From contig OZ024747.1 of assembly GCA_964016885.1 (NCBI GenBank), positions 57,970,001 through 58,034,000 on the forward strand: 64,000 nucleotides of DNA. Reading direction: 5' to 3'. The notes below the pieces were generated by a model. It was given only the letters and a program-made list of their open reading frames with translations, was not told the origin of the DNA and did no database searches. The number at the start of each line of letters is the position of its first letter. The first letter of the stretch is position 1. The DNA is from Eledone cirrhosa. Lineage: Eukaryota. This document shows, one piece after another, positions 1 to 14,035 of the stretch. Both the position numbers and the translations under genes were made by a program.

Positions 1-3000
1 CGTATCGGGTCATCCAGATCATATCTAGATAGAGTATTTTGTAGAGAAATAGATAGGTCTAGCATAGGCTGTCCACAATTCAAGATAGTCACCTACACGG
101 ACCACAAATTCGTGATCTGTGTACCTGACTTAGATAGGCTTCATAGACGAGGACCCGGCTACTGGAAGCTAAACGCGTCCTTAGCAGCGCGCAATGCCTA
201 CAGAGACCGGATTAGCGAACTAGTTAAGCGGGCGTTGACGGGGGCCATCGTCAACAACAAGTGGTGGTTTGCTCTGAAAAGAGCAATTAGAATAGAGTCC
301 ATTAGGTTTAGTAAGGCTTTAGCAATAGAGAAAAATAGAGCAGAGGGAGAATTAGTTAGAAAATTAGACGAGGCGCTTTGCAGGAGGCATCGCGACCGAC
401 GTACTTGCGGCGAAATTGGCCCTTGACCAATTCTTCAATGCAAAGCACGAAGGCTGCGTTGTCAGAGCGAAGGTGCGTGCTCTCAGACATGAGGAGACAA
501 AAGCCGTTCAATGGGCCCGAGTGGCGGAGGCGCGTCGTGGCAACAAAGCCACAATCCAGTCTTTGGTGGACCACCACGGGCAAATGTCTGAAGCTTTTCA
601 GCGACAATTCGCTCAACTGTTCGGGGGCAGCGGCGGGCCGGATCGAGGGATGGACTTTAGTGTCTACCTGGACGGACTGCCGCGTCTCTCGGCCACTGAG
701 GCGGAGTGTTGCGAAAAGCCGATAACAGCCGCTGAAGTACGGGTGGCAATAACTGGCTGCACAATGGGTAAATCGCCTGGTTTGGATGGTCTGCCCTATG
801 AACTTTACGTACAAATGCCAGACTTGTTCGGAGGCCTCTTAGCGGACGTCTACTGCAACTGGCAATAGAACGGGAGAATTCCCAGCTCTGTGAGCTGAGG
901 AGCGGTGGCGCTGATGAGAAAGGATCCGAACAAGGGGGATAACATAGATCATTTTAGGCCCATAACTCTGCTAAACACAGAGTTCAAGATTTTGGCCAAG
1001 GGGGTAGCAAAGAGGTTGGCGCTTGTCGTTGGTGGTCTGGTGGGAGAGGCTGCGCCATTCCCGACAGATCCATCCACGACAACCTCCACCTCATGCGATA
1101 CATCGTAGAGATGGTAGCTAGGGAACCTGGCACGGGTGGGTCTTTGATAGATTTAGATCAGTCGAAAGCTTTCGATAGGGTCGACCATCGTTTCCTAGCG
1201 GCAGTCCTGAGGGCGGATGGCTTTGGGCCCGTCTTCAGAGGCTGGATCGCTGCCATGTACAGTGACATCTGCTATGTGGTGAGAGTGAACGGTAACCTTT
1301 CGGAACGGTTCAAGATCATGCGCTCGGTCAGCCAAGGATGTCCCCTCTCGTCCCTCTTGTACGTATTGACTCTCGAGCCATTACTGCACAAACTGGAGAC
1401 GTTGAGGGGGGGTCATGTGCGAACTAGGATGCGGAAGATCCGTGTCAGCATATGCGGACGATGTCACCATAGTGGTATCGAAGTCCAAACACATCGAGGC
1501 GATCGGCACTACACTAAGAGAATACGAAGCATTGACAGGAGCAATGATCAACCAGTAAAAGTCAGTGGGCCTGCAGCTCGGCACCTGGAGAGGCAGGTCC
1601 ATGCCGTCCAACAGCGTCGTCGGGCGCTGGACGGACGGACCGGTTAAATTGCTAGCGGTCTGGTTCGGTCCGGACCTCCAGACGGACAAAAACTGGGACG
1701 AGGTGACGAGCAGGGTGGCTTCTCTCACCCAGAAATGGGCCGAGAGGAAGCTATCCCTGAAAGGTCGAGCGGAGGTGGCTAACGCGTACATCGCGTCCGT
1801 CATCTACTACCGCCTGACCGTCGTACCTTGTCCTAAACCCCGCCTGACTACGCTGGAACGTTTGCTCATTCGCTTTTCGTGGAAGGGACGCGCTCCGATG
1901 GTCAGGCGGTCCATCTTCTGTCAACACCCGCTACGTGGAGGGCTGGGCATGCCGTGGCTGATGATGCGCAGACACGCGCTCAGGCTACGACATCTCCACC
2001 TCTTCCTTGACGGTGATCAGGTGTGGTCTCCGTTTGCTAGACACGTCTTTCCCCAGCTCGTCTCCTTGACGGAGCTGCAGTCCTGGGTCAAGTGAAGACC
2101 GAGAAGGAGCTTGGAGACTGGAATGTCTTCAGGCGCTCACAGCCCTAGACTAATCGGGCAATGTGATCGGTGGAAACTCCACCTTGGCGTTCTAAAGATG
2201 ATTAGTGTGGGGGGAGGGAGCGACGACGTACTTGGGGAAATTCTAGGCGTCGACGAAAATCAACTAGCCAATCTCTTCGGAAGAACTTTCGGGCCGGGGC
2301 CTATGGAAAACTTCCAGAAATCCATGGCCTGGCAGTGCTAACGAGGAGCTTTGCCAGTTCGGGATAAACTCTACAAGCATGGAGGTGCCGTCAGCCGGGC
2401 ATGTCCGAGATGAGCGCAGGGCGACGAAACCGTCCTGCACGCACTCGTCCAGTGTCCGAGCATTGCTGACTTGTGGGTTTATGTCGAACACCTGCTGTCG
2501 CGTGTGGGACGGATCCAGCTATCAGCTGAGTCCATCGTGAGGATTGCCTCGCCCTCTTCCCTTAGCCGGGAAGGGCAGGCAGTATTTATCTGTCTGGTGG
2601 CCATGGCGAAAGAGATAGTATGGTGGACACGTTTGAAAGGGCTGAAGACGAGCACTTACCACTTCGGTGATGCCCTGATTAACTTTTTCAAATTTCATTT
2701 GAAAAGGAAAATCAGGGTAGAAAGGGAAGTGCTCTCTTCCCAGCATTTTGTTGAAAGATGGGTGGGAGAGGCAAGAATGGCCCGAGTGAATGGGCCTACT
2801 CTGAGTATGTGTCTGTAAATTAAAGGTGAAAAACTGGGAGAGGGCACTTGCCCTGGTGGTCAGGATCACTGTGGCTTTTTAATGGGCTTTCTCCACCAAT
2901 GTCCCTCGGAAGTCTACCCCTTATTGTGGAATTTTTTCATTGTTCTATTATTACCTCCTCTGTTTCTTGTTTTTTTTACACGCAGAAATGCCCATTTGTA

Positions 3001-3060
3001 CCGCCCTGTATTGTCCTTAATGTCTAATTTATGTAAACCTTGTGGTTAATAAAGAAATCA
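1..3060 (+). mobile_element. Decayed L1/Tx1-clade non-LTR retrotransposon (end of APE endonuclease, RT, C-terminal Zn knuckle, 3' UTR), runs off the window at the 5' end
   Basis: Frameshifted ORF pieces with L1-type motifs: YTDHK..GPGYWKLN, GKSPGLDGLPYELY, FRPITLLNTEFKILAK, LDQSKAFDRVDH, QGCPLS, AYADDVT (~1448-1468), LSLKGRAEVAN, GGLGMP, C..ETVLHALVQC (~2403-2455). Ends with aataaagaaa followed by (ATT)n(ATC)n. Confidence 0.93.
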
Positions 3061-3664
3061 TTATTATTATTATTATCATCATCATCATCATCATCACCCT
3101 AAAGTAATGGTCCTTGAGACGCATCTCTTCAATAGAGTATGTTTAATTGGATTTCATTTGTACTTTAAATAAAAGAAAGCAAAAATAGATTTATAGTGGC
3201 TGTAAGTTTATTAATATATTTGACAATAACATATAGTAAATAACATCTCATCGTTCCATCACAGTAAGTAATATATAATGTGTTATTATCTCCTCAATGT
3301 AATTAAAAAGTAGTGCAATTCACTTCTATCATAAAAACAATTTAATCCTGATATTTAAAATATACGAGATATTTATCGCCCACTAATAGAAGGATGTGAT
3401 ATCGTTATCTTATATTTATTAATTGATATGAATGGCTTCAATACAGTACTAATTCAACATGTTCACATATCGGAATTGTACATGTTTTCTCTCAGTTTCT
3501 ATGTCTATCCACATGATTTCTTAATGCAGTGTCCGCTGAAAAATTTATTCACGATAAAAATTGTAACTATTTGCACAAGGTGTTTTCCATTTTATAACAC
3601 ATACAGGGTGTCTCCCCAAATTGTATACACACATCAAAACCATTCTAATCAATGTTTTGGGACA

Positions 3665-3749
<85 letters not shown>

Positions 3750-3766
3750 ATATATATATATATTTT

Positions 3767-4110
3767 AAAATAACAGATTAAATTTTAAGCAAAGAATCGC
3801 TGCTTTCACTCTTAACGGGATCTTCTGAAACTAAAAAATTCAATCTGTGAATGCAGAAGTAAATATTTCGAAAAACGTTGCGACCGAAGGAAGACAAGAA
3901 GACGATAGTTTGGTTCGTGGAAACGGTCCCTGGCAAAGAACGGGAAAAGAAAGATAATACGTCATTATTTAGAGCGTGGAAAACAATTTCGGCTTGTAAA
4001 CATAAATTGCACAAAACTTTCCTGTATTACAGCCCCACATTATAACCTAACCGATAGTACGAACTATACGCGGATATTTTACGTCTTGATGTGGTAGCTA
4101 AGTATATGTT
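3767..4110 (-). mobile_element. Penelope-pLTR-like repeat, family C (HHR-like fold with CAGAAGA core)
   Basis: Homologous to 51870-52200 (+), 60680-60960 (-), 19906-20110 and 35853-35912; each copy abuts (TA)n. Confidence 0.65.
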
Positions 4111-4922
4111 ATGTTTATACCATTACTTATTTGTACAGGTGAGTATATATTACCTGTATGTTTTGTGAAGGTACGTATACTTTCTCGTACGTATATTTGC
4201 TTGTATATGTTATAGGCGTATATATTATATTATATATACTGCTACATGTGCATATGGTTATGTGTATACCTGAGTTTTGCGGGTTCGTACATATGTAGGG
4301 TGTGTGTAAGTGTGTACTTTGTGTTTTGGTTGACGTTCGTTTAGCGAACATATGTGTATTTACATGTAGGTATGTATGTGCGCGCGTTATATACGTATTT
4401 ATGTGTGTATATTTATATACACGCACATTTATATGTATACACGAACACACACATATATATATATATATATATATTTTAATATATATATTTATGTGTATTT
4501 GGTGTATACGTTCGTTTGTGAGCTGGTACAGGCATTGCGTGGGTTCTGTATGTGTGTGCGTCTTTTTTTGTGTACGTGATTGTATTTGCATACCCATGGC
4601 GGGTGTTTTCGCGTATGCATGTGTATGTACGTATAAGGATGCGTGTATGTATATATTTAATTTTTGTTGATTTAAATTACCTCTGTAATTTATTTACATT
4701 ATTCTTAACTCTGAGAAACAATCGTTTTCCTAATCATTCGTTTTTTGTTTTTTTTTTATTTTATTTTTTATATATATATATAAATATAAATGAAGGTAAT
4801 ATGCCCACGGGTACTAAGTACCCTGGAATAGGTCAAATTTTGGCCTCATTCGATCCTGTACTAGCTAGCAGATGGCAATATATTTTGCCGTTCCCGGGAC
4901 TTTTTGTCCTAGGAAAGGAAAA

Positions 4923-5005
4923 TGCTCTCTGATGATCTTCACTTTTCCATGAGAGGTCCCATGGATTTCTAATGTTTTGTGAAGTGAAACCGATCGGTAA
5001 AATCA
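4923..5005 (+). ncRNA. Type I hammerhead ribozyme fold (stem I partly decayed)
   Basis: CTGATGA (4929-35), stem II cttcac/gtgaag with an internal tccatg/catgga hairpin, GAAA (4986-89), palindromic stem III ACCGATCGGT, GUA cleavage triplet. Confidence 0.7.
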
Positions 5006-5086
5006 CAGGAGTAGGTAAATATTTAAATTATATTTTTTAATTTATTTTTAAAAAATGTTTGAATGTTGCTTGTTCTGCTTATCTCA

Positions 5087-5127
<41 letters not shown>

Positions 5128-5504
5128 TATATAAGTATGTACACGTACATACATATATGTGTACAGACGTCCAGTAGTATGTATATATACATACATGCAT
5201 ACATATCGAGTGGGTTAATCGGCCGGGTGCACCAAAAACGATAAACGGAAAAAATGAAACGAAATTTCATTTCCCACTCTTAGTACGGCTGTTACTTAAA
5301 TATAAGTATGTACACGTACATATATATATGGATACAGACGTACAGTAGTATGTATATATATATACATACATGCACACATATATATATGTACGTATGGATT
5401 CACCGAACCTTTATTATAATGCTCGGTGTGTTCGTAAACAAACATCCCGTATTAAGCCGTAGTGTCTAGCAACCATCGTTGCTCGTTTGTTCAACACTGA
5501 CAAA

Positions 5505-5555
5505 GGAACGCTGTACTAGTTTCAAGCTTATTAGTTATCGTCAGCAACGTATACC
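5505..5555 (-). ncRNA. Minimal type I hammerhead ribozyme, unit 1
   Basis: Minus strand: acgttg CTGACGA taac-taataa-gctt GAAA CTAG TA cagcgt. Stem I acgttg/cagcgt, palindromic stem III ACTAGT, GUA triplet. Confidence 0.8.
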
Positions 5556-5924
5556 TTCCTCCCAGATTGTTGAACGTATATACTTACCTTATGCATATTA
5601 ACGGCTGAGTAGCCCAATCTGCATATCGATTGGGTTAATCGGCCGGGTGCACCGAAAACGATAACGGAAAAAATGAAACGAAATTTCATTTCCCACTCTT
5701 AGTACGGCTGTTACTTAAATATAAGTATGTATACGTACATACATATATGTATACAGGCGTACAGTAGTATGTATATATATATACACATACATGCACACAT
5801 ATATATATGTACGTATGGATTCACCGAACATTTATTATAATGCTCGGTGTGTTTGTAAACAAACATCCGTATTAAGCCGTAGTGTCTAGCAACCATCGTT
5901 GCTCGTTTGTTCAACACTGACAAA

Positions 5925-5975
5925 GGAACGCTGTACTAGTTTCAAGCTTATTAGCTATCGTCAGCAACGTATACC
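5925..5975 (-). ncRNA. Minimal type I hammerhead ribozyme, unit 2
   Basis: Minus strand: acgttg CTGACGA t-agc-taataa-gct-t GAAA CTAG TA cagcgt; all three stems intact. Confidence 0.85.
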
Positions 5976-6193
5976 TTCCTGCCAGATTGTTGAACGTATA
6001 TACTTACCTTTTGCATATTAACGGCTGAGTAGCCCAATCTGCATATCGAGTGGGTTAATCGGCCGGGTGCACCGAAAACGATAAACGGAATTTCGTTTCA
6101 TTTTTTCCGTACACATATATATATATATACACACACATATAAACATATACAGACATATACATATACAGACACACATATATTATATATATATTT

Positions 6194-6234
<41 letters not shown>

Positions 6235-6367
6235 TGGCATAGATACAAATTTATAAACACACTAGTCTGCAAATACATATATACACAAACACACACACAC
6301 ACGCATATATATAAGTACATATACATACATATATACATACACATACACACACATACATTTATAAATG

Positions 6368-6465
<98 letters not shown>

Positions 6466-7455
6466 AATGCAACGGAAAATATAAAATAAAATAAAACGAA
6501 AATATAGAAAAGTGGTCGGACGAAACGATACTATGACATCACACACGTAATCGTAGATTTATACACACATACAATCACATACGCAAAACTACACATAGAT
6601 ACATGCATGTATATGTCCAGTGGAAGTATAAATACATTGAAACATGCAAAAATACAAATAAACACACACAGAAAAACCACACACATAAATAGATATATAT
6701 ATATACACACACACACACACACGCATACACATATATGTACAAATATATATATACCCACACACATACAAACACTCACACACACACACACATACATATATAC
6801 ATATTCCCATATATACATACATATATACATATATATATAAAACAATATGTGTTAGGTAAATAAATATACTTTGTTGTTGAAAGAATGTGATAAAGGCAAA
6901 GGAAAAACGAGTGCTCTATGTATAGAACAGAGCTATAAAAATATTTAGCTGTTGAAAGTATGTGATAAAGGCCCATGGTGGTAAAATAAGAAAAAATGTT
7001 CAGGAAAAAATGGAGTCAATAAGTGAAGAATATAAGTGTGAAATAAGTATAAAATAAAATATAAAATAAAATGTTGAATATGTAAAGTAAGAGAGATTGT
7101 TCAAGGTAAAATAAGGGAAAAGAAGAAATGAATAAAAATGTGTAATATAAAATAAAGTGTTGAATGTGTGATAAAGGTCTGTAGTATTAAAAGTAAAAGA
7201 GAGTGTTCAAGTTGTGATATAAGATGAATGAACTATATGTTGAATGTGTGAAAAGGAGAGAGTGTTCAAGGTGGGTAAGTGTACAAAATGGTGTTTTGAT
7301 GCCAAGAAAGGAGGTGAGCTCTTACCTAACATATATATATTTTAGGCAATTACCTAATACACACACACGCATATATATATATATATATATGTGTGTGTGT
7401 TTGTGTGTGTGTGTATGTGTGTGTCTGTGTGTGTGTGTGTGTTTTTGTATATATG

Positions 7456-7491
<36 letters not shown>

Positions 7492-7492
<1 letters not shown>

Positions 7493-7684
7493 TTGTTATA
7501 CTTTGGGAAGGTCATGTTGCCAATAAGAAACACACGCACCTATGCTTTCACTCCAATTTATTATAACTTAAAAAATATTAAGAAACATTTCTGAAAAATG
7601 TTTTTAATTTATAATAAATTGGAGTCCAAGCAACTGGTGCGTGTGTTTCCTATTGGCAACATGACCCTCCCAAAGTATAACAAT
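7492..7684. repeat. Imperfect inverted repeat (about 75-bp arms) next to a microsatellite
   Basis: ttgttatactttgggaaggtcatgttgccaata... pairs with ...tattggcaacatgaccctcccaaagtataacaa. Confidence 0.85.
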
Positions 7685-7984
7685 ATCGGTTTCAACACAC
7701 GTTTTCAGATAAAGAATCTTGCTAAACAAATTCAGAAACGATATATATATATATATACTATTCCTGGATATTGGCATTGGATTTATATGTGCTACAATCT
7801 TCTTTCATGACATTAATGTTGAGCATGACATTTTAACAAATTTTATATACGTACACACAATAAATCAGCTTGTATAGATTGCTGCATAATTCTTCAGAAA
7901 ACTATTTTCAACGCCTAACTATTTAAATAATTTCTTAAAAACACTCACCCGACAAGATTCCAGACATCATTCGCTTAATGACTG

Positions 7985-8196
7985 GTGTGGAGATCGTCAA
8001 ATCGTGCCGAGGAAACAATGCCTCCATTAATCTTTCCAATTGCCAATACTATCTACCAGTTACAAATCCAGGCAGAAGGGGCAACGTGAAATAAAGTTTC
8101 TTGCTCAAGGATATAACGCATTGCCCGGTCCGGGAATCGAACACCCAGCCCCACGATTGCGAATCCAATTATCTAACCACTCAGTCACGCGCTTTC
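7985..8196 (-). mobile_element. tRNA-derived SINE, family B
   Basis: Minus strand has an A box (gtgactgagtggttag), a B box (gttcgattccc) and the ccttgagcaagaaacttt core. Homologous to 20685-20905, 34905-35061 and 48205-48360. Confidence 0.75.
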
Positions 8197-10240
8197 ATTT
8201 TCCTTCTTAATGACTGTATTATTACAAGTAAATGCATAATGCCTGCCCACAAAATCGTTAAATGATGTATTTTTCAAATGAGTAGGCCGAATGGAAGGGT
8301 TGGTGTCTAAACATTAGGAGGACATTCTAGAGTGAATATGTTTAGCAGCTGTTAATTTTCTGTTTTACCATTTATAGCTAACTGTTTAGTTAAAGAGAAT
8401 CCCATCGTTCGTTTCTGTAGATGTGCTGTGTGAAGGATCAGGAAGTAGGTGTTTTGTGTATAGAAGAAACAACTTGAGAGATATAATGTTGTACATCATA
8501 GTTCAGAGCTCAGTCAACTTATCGCCTGTTGGAATTGATCGAAAAATAGAAATCTAATAATATGAAAACAAAGAGAAATGATGACGCTATATATAAGCTA
8601 CAAGAATAAGTTTTCAATACGCATCTAGTGAAGTGTTGCGTTGGAGAATTTTATGGAGTTGATATACATTATATTGTAGAGGCACTAGAAGGATTGGCTT
8701 TAATGTACGAAGCCAGCTACCTTGAATTCTATATTATACATGAATGCATTTTTTTCTTATTTTCTGACGGTTGTCTTGACTCATGATATATAATCTATAA
8801 TACAAACTATATATATGTGCATATCCGTTTTAAAAGTACGCAGCATGAACTAATCAATAGCTTTTATACAAATTTGTTTATTATTACACTCAATTGCATT
8901 TAGTTTTCAATTGAAACTAAACTAAATGTAATTCAGTGCATATATACGTAACATATATCAGGATCTCTCTACAACTACACATAGAACTGTATGCACGATA
9001 AATTATTTATTTCTACATGTATACGGCATCGTTTATGACAATAAAATATATTGAATTATGATAGCTTAAAAGAAGAAAAAATAAGTATCATTAACAAATC
9101 AATAATTTTCTGCTCAGTTTCATACTATCTGCCTGGATTTATATTTAATTATAAATTTCTATAGCTAAAGATGAATATTTTTTCAGACTACAAAACAAAT
9201 AAGAATTTATGTTATTTTAATAAAGAAAATGTTATTTACTGATTTACTCTTTTCAACGTTTCTATTTATAGCGACGTAAGTATTCCAGATTCTTCTAATA
9301 TTGGAAAGTAGCATGAGGTCGTTCGGTGTCTGTATTGATAGCAAACTAATTAAACCCTATTTTGAAAGAGATCGATAAATGCTAGAAATAACACGCTTCC
9401 ACTCGTAAGGAAGACGATGCAGCCTACTCGAGATGAACATTTCTTTCATAAGCATCTGATAGAGGTTAAAACGAAATGTTTCATTTATTTCTGCGTTTCT
9501 TTCTCTCTATAACGGAGTGTTACTGTTAAGTACATTGGGAAGGTTGATGTATTCGTGATAATTTAATTTGCAGAATCACTTATGGGGTGGGAGATATATT
9601 TTCTCGTTGTTGACTACAACCTGATAAATGAAACGCACTCTTAAGGAATGTAGGATGGTTTGAAGAGAGTGAAGTAAATTTAAACACAATTCTTAACCAT
9701 CACTGAAGAATAACAAAGTAGATACATGCAAACAAAAAATATCCTGTGGTATTCTGCTTCACCACGGTTTACGATTTAAGTTAGTAAAAAAAACGAACAA
9801 ATTATTGGGTTTAAATAAAATCAATGAATGTTTTTTTAATAAAGAATTAATTCAACATATTTATCTACTTAAATACTAAATAATTTCTCACTGTTTGTTT
9901 TCTTGATTTCTTGTTGAAATCAATCCGGTACCGCAATACGTGTTCTCGGATTAATGCTTTAAGCCAGTACATTATTAAATGGTTAAAACAATATTCAAGC
10001 TTACACAACACTGAAAACAATTAAAGGTATATCTCGGGTTTATATATGATATTAATTAGTTAGAATGAACATTGGGGTTTAGGGTTCTTTGTCATATCTA
10101 TTGTGTACAAATTAAGAGACCTTCTAATGTTCGGTATCTTGATCTCTGTCACGTTGACAAATGTTTATCAATTTCGATTTCTCTTGTTTTCATTGTTACT
10201 GTTGGTGGGATTTCGCCATCGTAGTTATTGTTAGCTGGAA

Positions 10241-10450
10241 GGGGGGTGGATTGGCAGTATCGGTAGAGTGCCAGATACTATGATTCACATAGTCATGGCC
10301 TTTTACGTGCTGAGTTAAAATCCCGCTCGGATTAGCTTTGTCTTTCATCCTTAAGGAGTCGATAAAATAAGTGACCAATAATGCACTAGGGTTTATTTAA
10401 TCGACTTTCCTCTCCCCTTCAAATTGCTGGTCGCGTGCTTAAAGTAGATA
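10241..10450 (+). mobile_element. tRNA-derived SINE, family A
   Basis: ggattggcagtatcggtagag ... gagttaaaatcccg ... ctttcatcct...gtcgataaaataag; multicopy in this window. Confidence 0.75.
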
Positions 10451-12119
10451 TTGTTATTATTATTGTTGTTAGTGTTGCTTATGTAACTGTTGTTCTTTAC
10501 TCGTTAGTATTATGGTTACAGGAGTTTCCTGTTGGTCATTGTTATTGTTGTTTAATTGTTATTTGGGATGGTGTTGTTGCTGATCATGTTACAGTTATAT
10601 TGAGGATAGCATTGCAATTATTGATACTGGATCAGATTGTACTAATAATGTTATTGTTGTTTCTTCTTGGCTTCTCTTCATTGTTATATTTATCCTGGTT
10701 GTCGGTAGGTAAAGGTGTGGGAAATGGATAGTGTCGGTAGAGTTATTGCGCTACGTGCATACATATTATTTCTAAGGCAGTTTTACTGTTAGCTGTTATC
10801 GAAACACACTTGCATGCTCATGTTGCAATGTGCTAGTCATAGAATATCAAAATTCGTTGGAATACCTCTGTTTCTTCGAGTAAATGCATATTTTTATCCC
10901 AAAGAATAGGATCGCCCAGGAACAATAAGCTCTTTGAAACGTCACTGCAGTTCTTGTTTGGTAATGTTTACGCAATTAAATTCTCACCGACACACTCAAA
11001 CAGTAAAAGTTGGCAAACTACAAAACATAGAAATTTTATGAACAACTGCTTGTGATATGAACATGTGGACATGAGTGGATGTGTCGTACGGAGCTATGTG
11101 TGAAAATGTATTTAGCAGTTTAATATATATATGTGTGTGTGTGTGTGTCTGTGTTTGTGTGTGTGTGTGCGTGCGTGTTTGTGCGTGTAACTATGTGTCT
11201 ATGAGGTTGTGTTGATGGTTATAACGTACATTGATATATATATACTAGAGCCTATGTATGGATCTCACGTGTACTTAAAGTACATGACATTTATGAGCAG
11301 GATAGGTGAGGGTGGTGGTTTACCTACGGCAAACTTGCTAGATATCTGTTTACACTTGAAGCAGACATAATGGTCAGAAAATGCTATAAAACTGTGTGAG
11401 GTATGTTTCAATGATTAGTAGAGCGTGGAATTAAAGTAGATTTGATTTTATAACAGAAGCATGAACACTTACCGTGTTGCATCCGCTATTTTATTGCCTC
11501 GTCTTATTTCCAGATATAGTAGTTAGGTGAAGAAATCTAGCGTAACACTCTTTCAAAGATTTTCCTCTAAGGAATTAATAAAACCAGCTATATCGATCTG
11601 TTATCAAAACTATACATTGTATAGGTATTCAAGAAGAAAACTTGAATGAACCCTAATTATGAACGGGAAAACATAAACATGTATATATGTAGTACAGAGG
11701 ACAGTAAAATGTCTATGGCGATGTTGTTATATATTTGTATAAACAATTTTTATCAGAGAGTATAAAATATATAGACAATTTCAATACCAAGGCACTCTAT
11801 TATATTTAATTTGATAAAATTGAATACAATAATTTGAGACCTCAGTCGTTTGCGACGATGCGTGATCAACTTCTCCGGCCAACAGAATAGTTTTTCCCAA
11901 TGAGTTGAAGTAGATGTGTTTTAAAATTCACTAGACACGTTAAATAAGATTCATGCACAAACACACTCACAAAACACACACATACACACACCCACACACA
12001 CACACGCACAGACACAGACACACACACACACGCACACACACACATATATGTACACAGTAGTAAAAGTCTGGTAGAAATATCCAAGGATAAGAGCAACTCA
12101 GTCCATAGGAGAAGTTAAG

Positions 12120-12271
12120 TATAATTAGTTACAACAGTGACATATAGGGGTACTTAAGTTTCGTTGGGTTATAAACATTAACTCATTCAACCTTCTTTTT
12201 ATAACAGGATCAACGATTTAGGTTGTATAACCCAACAAAACTTAATTACCTGTATATGTCACTATTTTAAC

Positions 12272-12280
<9 letters not shown>
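12120..12280. repeat. Inverted repeat containing the 3' half of an HHR (GAAA-CTTAAG-TA)
   Basis: Arms ~12120-12172 and ~12225-12280. The minus-strand arm reads cccaac GAAA CTTAAG TA cccc; the CUGANGA core is decayed. Confidence 0.65.
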
Positions 12281-12345
<65 letters not shown>

Positions 12346-12645
12346 TTAGAAAGTGAGGTTTTTTTTACAAAATGAAAAATAACCGAGGTGTCCTACACGA
12401 GTGAAAGTATAAAGAAAAAGAGATGAAATCGAAAATGCAACTGAAGTCTTATTTTTTTTAAAAATATATATATTTATTTGGTTCCTTTACCGGTTTCGCA
12501 GTTCTTCTGCTTTTCAACTGCTTTTCAACTGCTTTTCTTCTGCTTTTCAACTGCGAAACCGGTAAAGGAACCAAATAAATATATATATTTAAAAAAAAAA
12601 TAAGACTTCAGTTGCATTTTCGATTTCATCTCTTTTTCTTTATAT
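12346..12645. mobile_element. Fold-back fragment of the Penelope 3' pLTR with a truncated HHR, inside (TA)n
   Basis: 12346-12517 is the reverse complement of 18658-18830, and 12551-12645 is the same sequence in the plus orientation. The junction contains repeated ctgcttttcaa. Confidence 0.85.
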
Positions 12646-12646
12646 C

Positions 12647-12733
<87 letters not shown>

Positions 12734-13321
12734 TATATATATATATGTGTGTGTGTTAGTGTGTGTGTTTGTTTGTGTATATACTCGTATATGTATATAA
12801 TAATTGAATGTTCGTGTGTGTGTGTCTGTCAGTCTGATTGTGTTTATATGTACCTATATAATAGCTGAAATTAATGGCGGGCGAAGGCTACCGTAACAAA
12901 TATAAAATCTAGTGCAAATTGTGTGATATACTAAGCCGATCAGCTCAAGACACCAGACCTGTCAATTTCTCTCGTCGAATGGGGAGATCTCCCACTAACC
13001 ATTGGGTGGGTGAGAGATGTTTTCTTTTGTGAAAATGGGTATAGCTTTCATTATGTAAAATCTCCCCATTTTGGGGAATTTTTCTTCATCGTACTCCATT
13101 TTGGTTTTTAGGGGCTGGCAGTTATGTCACGCAAAACGATGGAATGAAGCTTTGTATCTAGTACACTACTCTAATCTATATACAATTGAACTGCATTAGA
13201 TTGTTTCTTTAGAAATTGATTCTAATATTCTGAATGGAATTGGAATTCAAAACACGAATAACCGGTATTCAAACCACAATATATCACGTAGGAAGCACAC
13301 ATAAATCAGTAATTTGCCATG

Positions 13322-13406
<85 letters not shown>

Positions 13407-13407
13407 C

Positions 13408-13447
<40 letters not shown>

Positions 13448-13448
<1 letters not shown>

Positions 13449-14035
13449 GTGTTATGGCTATGGTGGACCAGGTTAAAAGGGCTGAGGTCAGACACCTTTC
13501 TCTCCGGCCAGCAACTGATTCGTTTTTTCAAATATCATTTTGGAAGAAGAATCAGGTTGGAGAGAGAGGTGCTGTACCCCAGCAAATTTTATAAAAGGTG
13601 GGTGAATGTGGCAAAGATGGCCCGAGTAGTTGGGCCTTCTCTCTATATAAGCCTGTAGGTTGATGAAAAAGAGGAAGAGAGGAAGGGAGTACTCACTCTT
13701 GGTGCTCCTGGAGATGAGGGTTGTACATTTTTTCGGGGTGTGTACAACCCCTTTGTAACCCCCGCCCCCTATTAGGGATTTCAATTGTTATTTGTTATTG
13801 TATTAATAGTTTTATTTTCATATACCTGTATGTAAACTCCCCATTTGTATTTGTCCCCTTCTTTTGTGCCCTTGTGGCCAATAAAGAAATTTATTTATCT
13901 ATCTATCTATCTATCTATTTATCTATCTATCTATGTATCATTTGTGATAATATTTTACACGTTTTTATTGTATGTAAACTTCCCCCTTTGTATTTGTCCC
14001 CTTCTTTTGTGCCCCTGTGGCTAATAAAGAAATAT
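13448..14035 (+). mobile_element. 5'-truncated L1/Tx1 3' fragment in (CTAT)n, with a duplicated 3' terminus
   Basis: WWTRLKGLRSDTFLSGQQLIRFFKYH...LEREVL...RWVNVAKMARV aligns to the C-terminus at 2471-2818. The 3' end (tgtaaact...aataaagaaat) occurs at both ~13890 and ~14030. Confidence 0.85.

Larger units (their letters stand above)
5128..6110 (-). mobile_element. Tandem 420-bp HHR-containing repeat (non-LTR retrozyme / Penelope pLTR array) with a short inverted terminus
   Basis: Exact 420-nt period (e.g. 5461-5520 matches 5881-5940). One HHR per unit. 6089-6110 is the reverse complement of acggaaaaaatgaaacgaaatt. Flanked by TA tracts. Confidence 0.8.
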
